Notes under the pieces: generated by a model
Database searches by the model: none
What the model was told of the DNA's origin: nothing
The model's input: only the letters and a program-made list of their open reading frames with translations
Assembly: GCA_907165135.1 (NCBI GenBank)
Contig: OU015568.1
Location: forward strand, 2,604,001 to 2,668,000
DNA: 64,000 bases
Direction: 5' to 3'
Source of the DNA: Oikopleura dioica
Lineage: Eukaryota > Animalia > Chordata
Translations under genes and position numbers: made by a program
Shown here: positions 62,860-64,000 of the stretch, in pieces
How the letters are laid out: every line of letters begins with the position of its first letter
Position numbering within the stretch: the stretch's first letter is position 1

Positions 62860-63358
62860 TCAAGCTTTTTCTGCCTCTTCGTTGATTTCTTGAGCGGGTT
62901 CTTCTGAGAAATAGTAGGAAGAAGGGAGGTATTCGGGGGATCGTTTAGCTTCGACCATGTTGAAGAGGCCGAGAAGATGGTCAATTGTGGCTTCATCTTG
63001 CTAAAAAAAAGATGATTATTTTAAACTTAATTGAAAGTGATGAATTTTAATGTCGGGGCAAAATCCAAAAAACTCTAATTTAGTCCTGATTCTGGACATT
63101 ATTAAAACTTACTTTCCGAAATGCTTGTCGATCGTGCTCCTTAGTCAGAAGGGATGAAATGAGGGAGCCTCGTTTGAACCTCGATAGACCCTTAAAAGAC
63201 CTAGTCTGAAAATTGTTCAATCAGTTTTGATCGTTACATTGTCTTTATTGTAGTAAAATCCAGCTGAAACAGCGCTCAAAACGAGAAGAAATTTCCTCTT
63301 CACATGGTTGTGGATTTATTTCAAATAAAATCATCGAAAATAATAATTTAACAACCAT
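62860..63358 (-). CDS. Putative peptide hormone/neuropeptide precursor (98 aa, 4 exons)
   Basis: GT-AG phase-0 assembly gives MRKFLLVLSAVSA-GFYYNKDNTRSFKGLSRFKR-GSLISSLLTKEHDRQAFRKQDEATIDHLLGLFNMVEA-KR-SPEYLPSSYYFSEEPAQEINEEAEKA*. Confidence 0.6.
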
Positions 63359-63615
63359 AAATCAAAAGCATAGTCACTTCTCTCCTTTGAATCTGAATAA
63401 ATCTAAGAAAAAAAAATGCGCACTGTCGATTTTATACGGCAAAAATCTTAAGCTGATTGCGCAGTAATCCACCAAAATCGCTGCATTACAGAACCCGCTT
63501 TCTTCATTATCGTATTCAGCCCATTATGCGGTTAACATATGCTCTACTTTTTCGAACAAAACTTTATTGACATCTATTCTTCAGACTTTTTTAAAGTTCA
63601 ATTTTAGATAATTTT

Positions 63616-64000
63616 TCAGTAATATGATCGATATGTATTTTGACGAGGCAGGGACGCAGGATCGTAAGCAGCGTAAAAATCCGGCTTTCCTGGTTGATAG
63701 TAGCCTTGATCATTGTAATAGCTCTGTTTTGGCTGATAGATGTCATCTTCTTCAGGGCTCGAGGAACAAGCAGAGGCATACATGCATCCCATTGCTCCCA
63801 TCGCTAAAGAAGAATGAGAATAAGAAACAGAAAAACTATCAACCTAAGAAACCAGCTGCCCAAGCAAAGTATGCAGCATATCCGAGAACCATATTATAAG
63901 TATTATTCGTGACCATATTCCACCCTCCTCCTTGCATAGCACTCTCGTTTTTATAATAATTATTCTGAACCGAATCTTTATCATCCAATTAAACCAACTC
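63616..64000 (-). CDS. Claudin-family protein, 3' part (ECL2, TM4, tail); gene continues beyond the window
   Basis: NYYKNESAMQGGGWNMVTNNTYNMVLGYAAYFAWAAGFL|AMGAMGCMYASAC resembles claudin ECL2-TM4 (Y-x-[FL]G-x-ALY-x-GW), followed by a Tyr-rich tail. Confidence 0.7.

Overview
This is AT-rich, gene-dense eukaryotic DNA with many very short introns (about 30-60 nt), A-rich acceptors and some non-canonical donors. That pattern, plus the protein families present, suggests the larvacean tunicate Oikopleura dioica or a relative (inference). I can support about 25 intron-containing genes. Many act on glycans or the extracellular matrix: O-fucosyltransferase family, GT31 galactosyltransferase, two carbohydrate sulfotransferases, CHSY1-like, GH35 beta-galactosidase, POMK, C-type and SUEL lectins, ZP, PLAT and PLA2-like secreted proteins. 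Also present: a class B GPCR, an LRR-PDZ protein, an IolG-like dehydrogenase, an intronless cytochrome P450, a divergent alpha-tubulin, the 3' end of a claudin, a tRNA-Leu(AAG) and several non-autonomous DNA transposon families. The most interesting items are: (1) a hand-assembled 98-aa prohormone-like precursor missed by the ORF track; (2) repeated nesting of antisense genes inside introns, including a LAP-like gene hosting two; (3) an unrecognised tandemly duplicated domain fused to a C-type lectin; (4) a 1-kb foldback element inserted into a copy of its own subterminal motif. Exon structures were derived by eye and gene ends are approximate where stated. No database searches were run.
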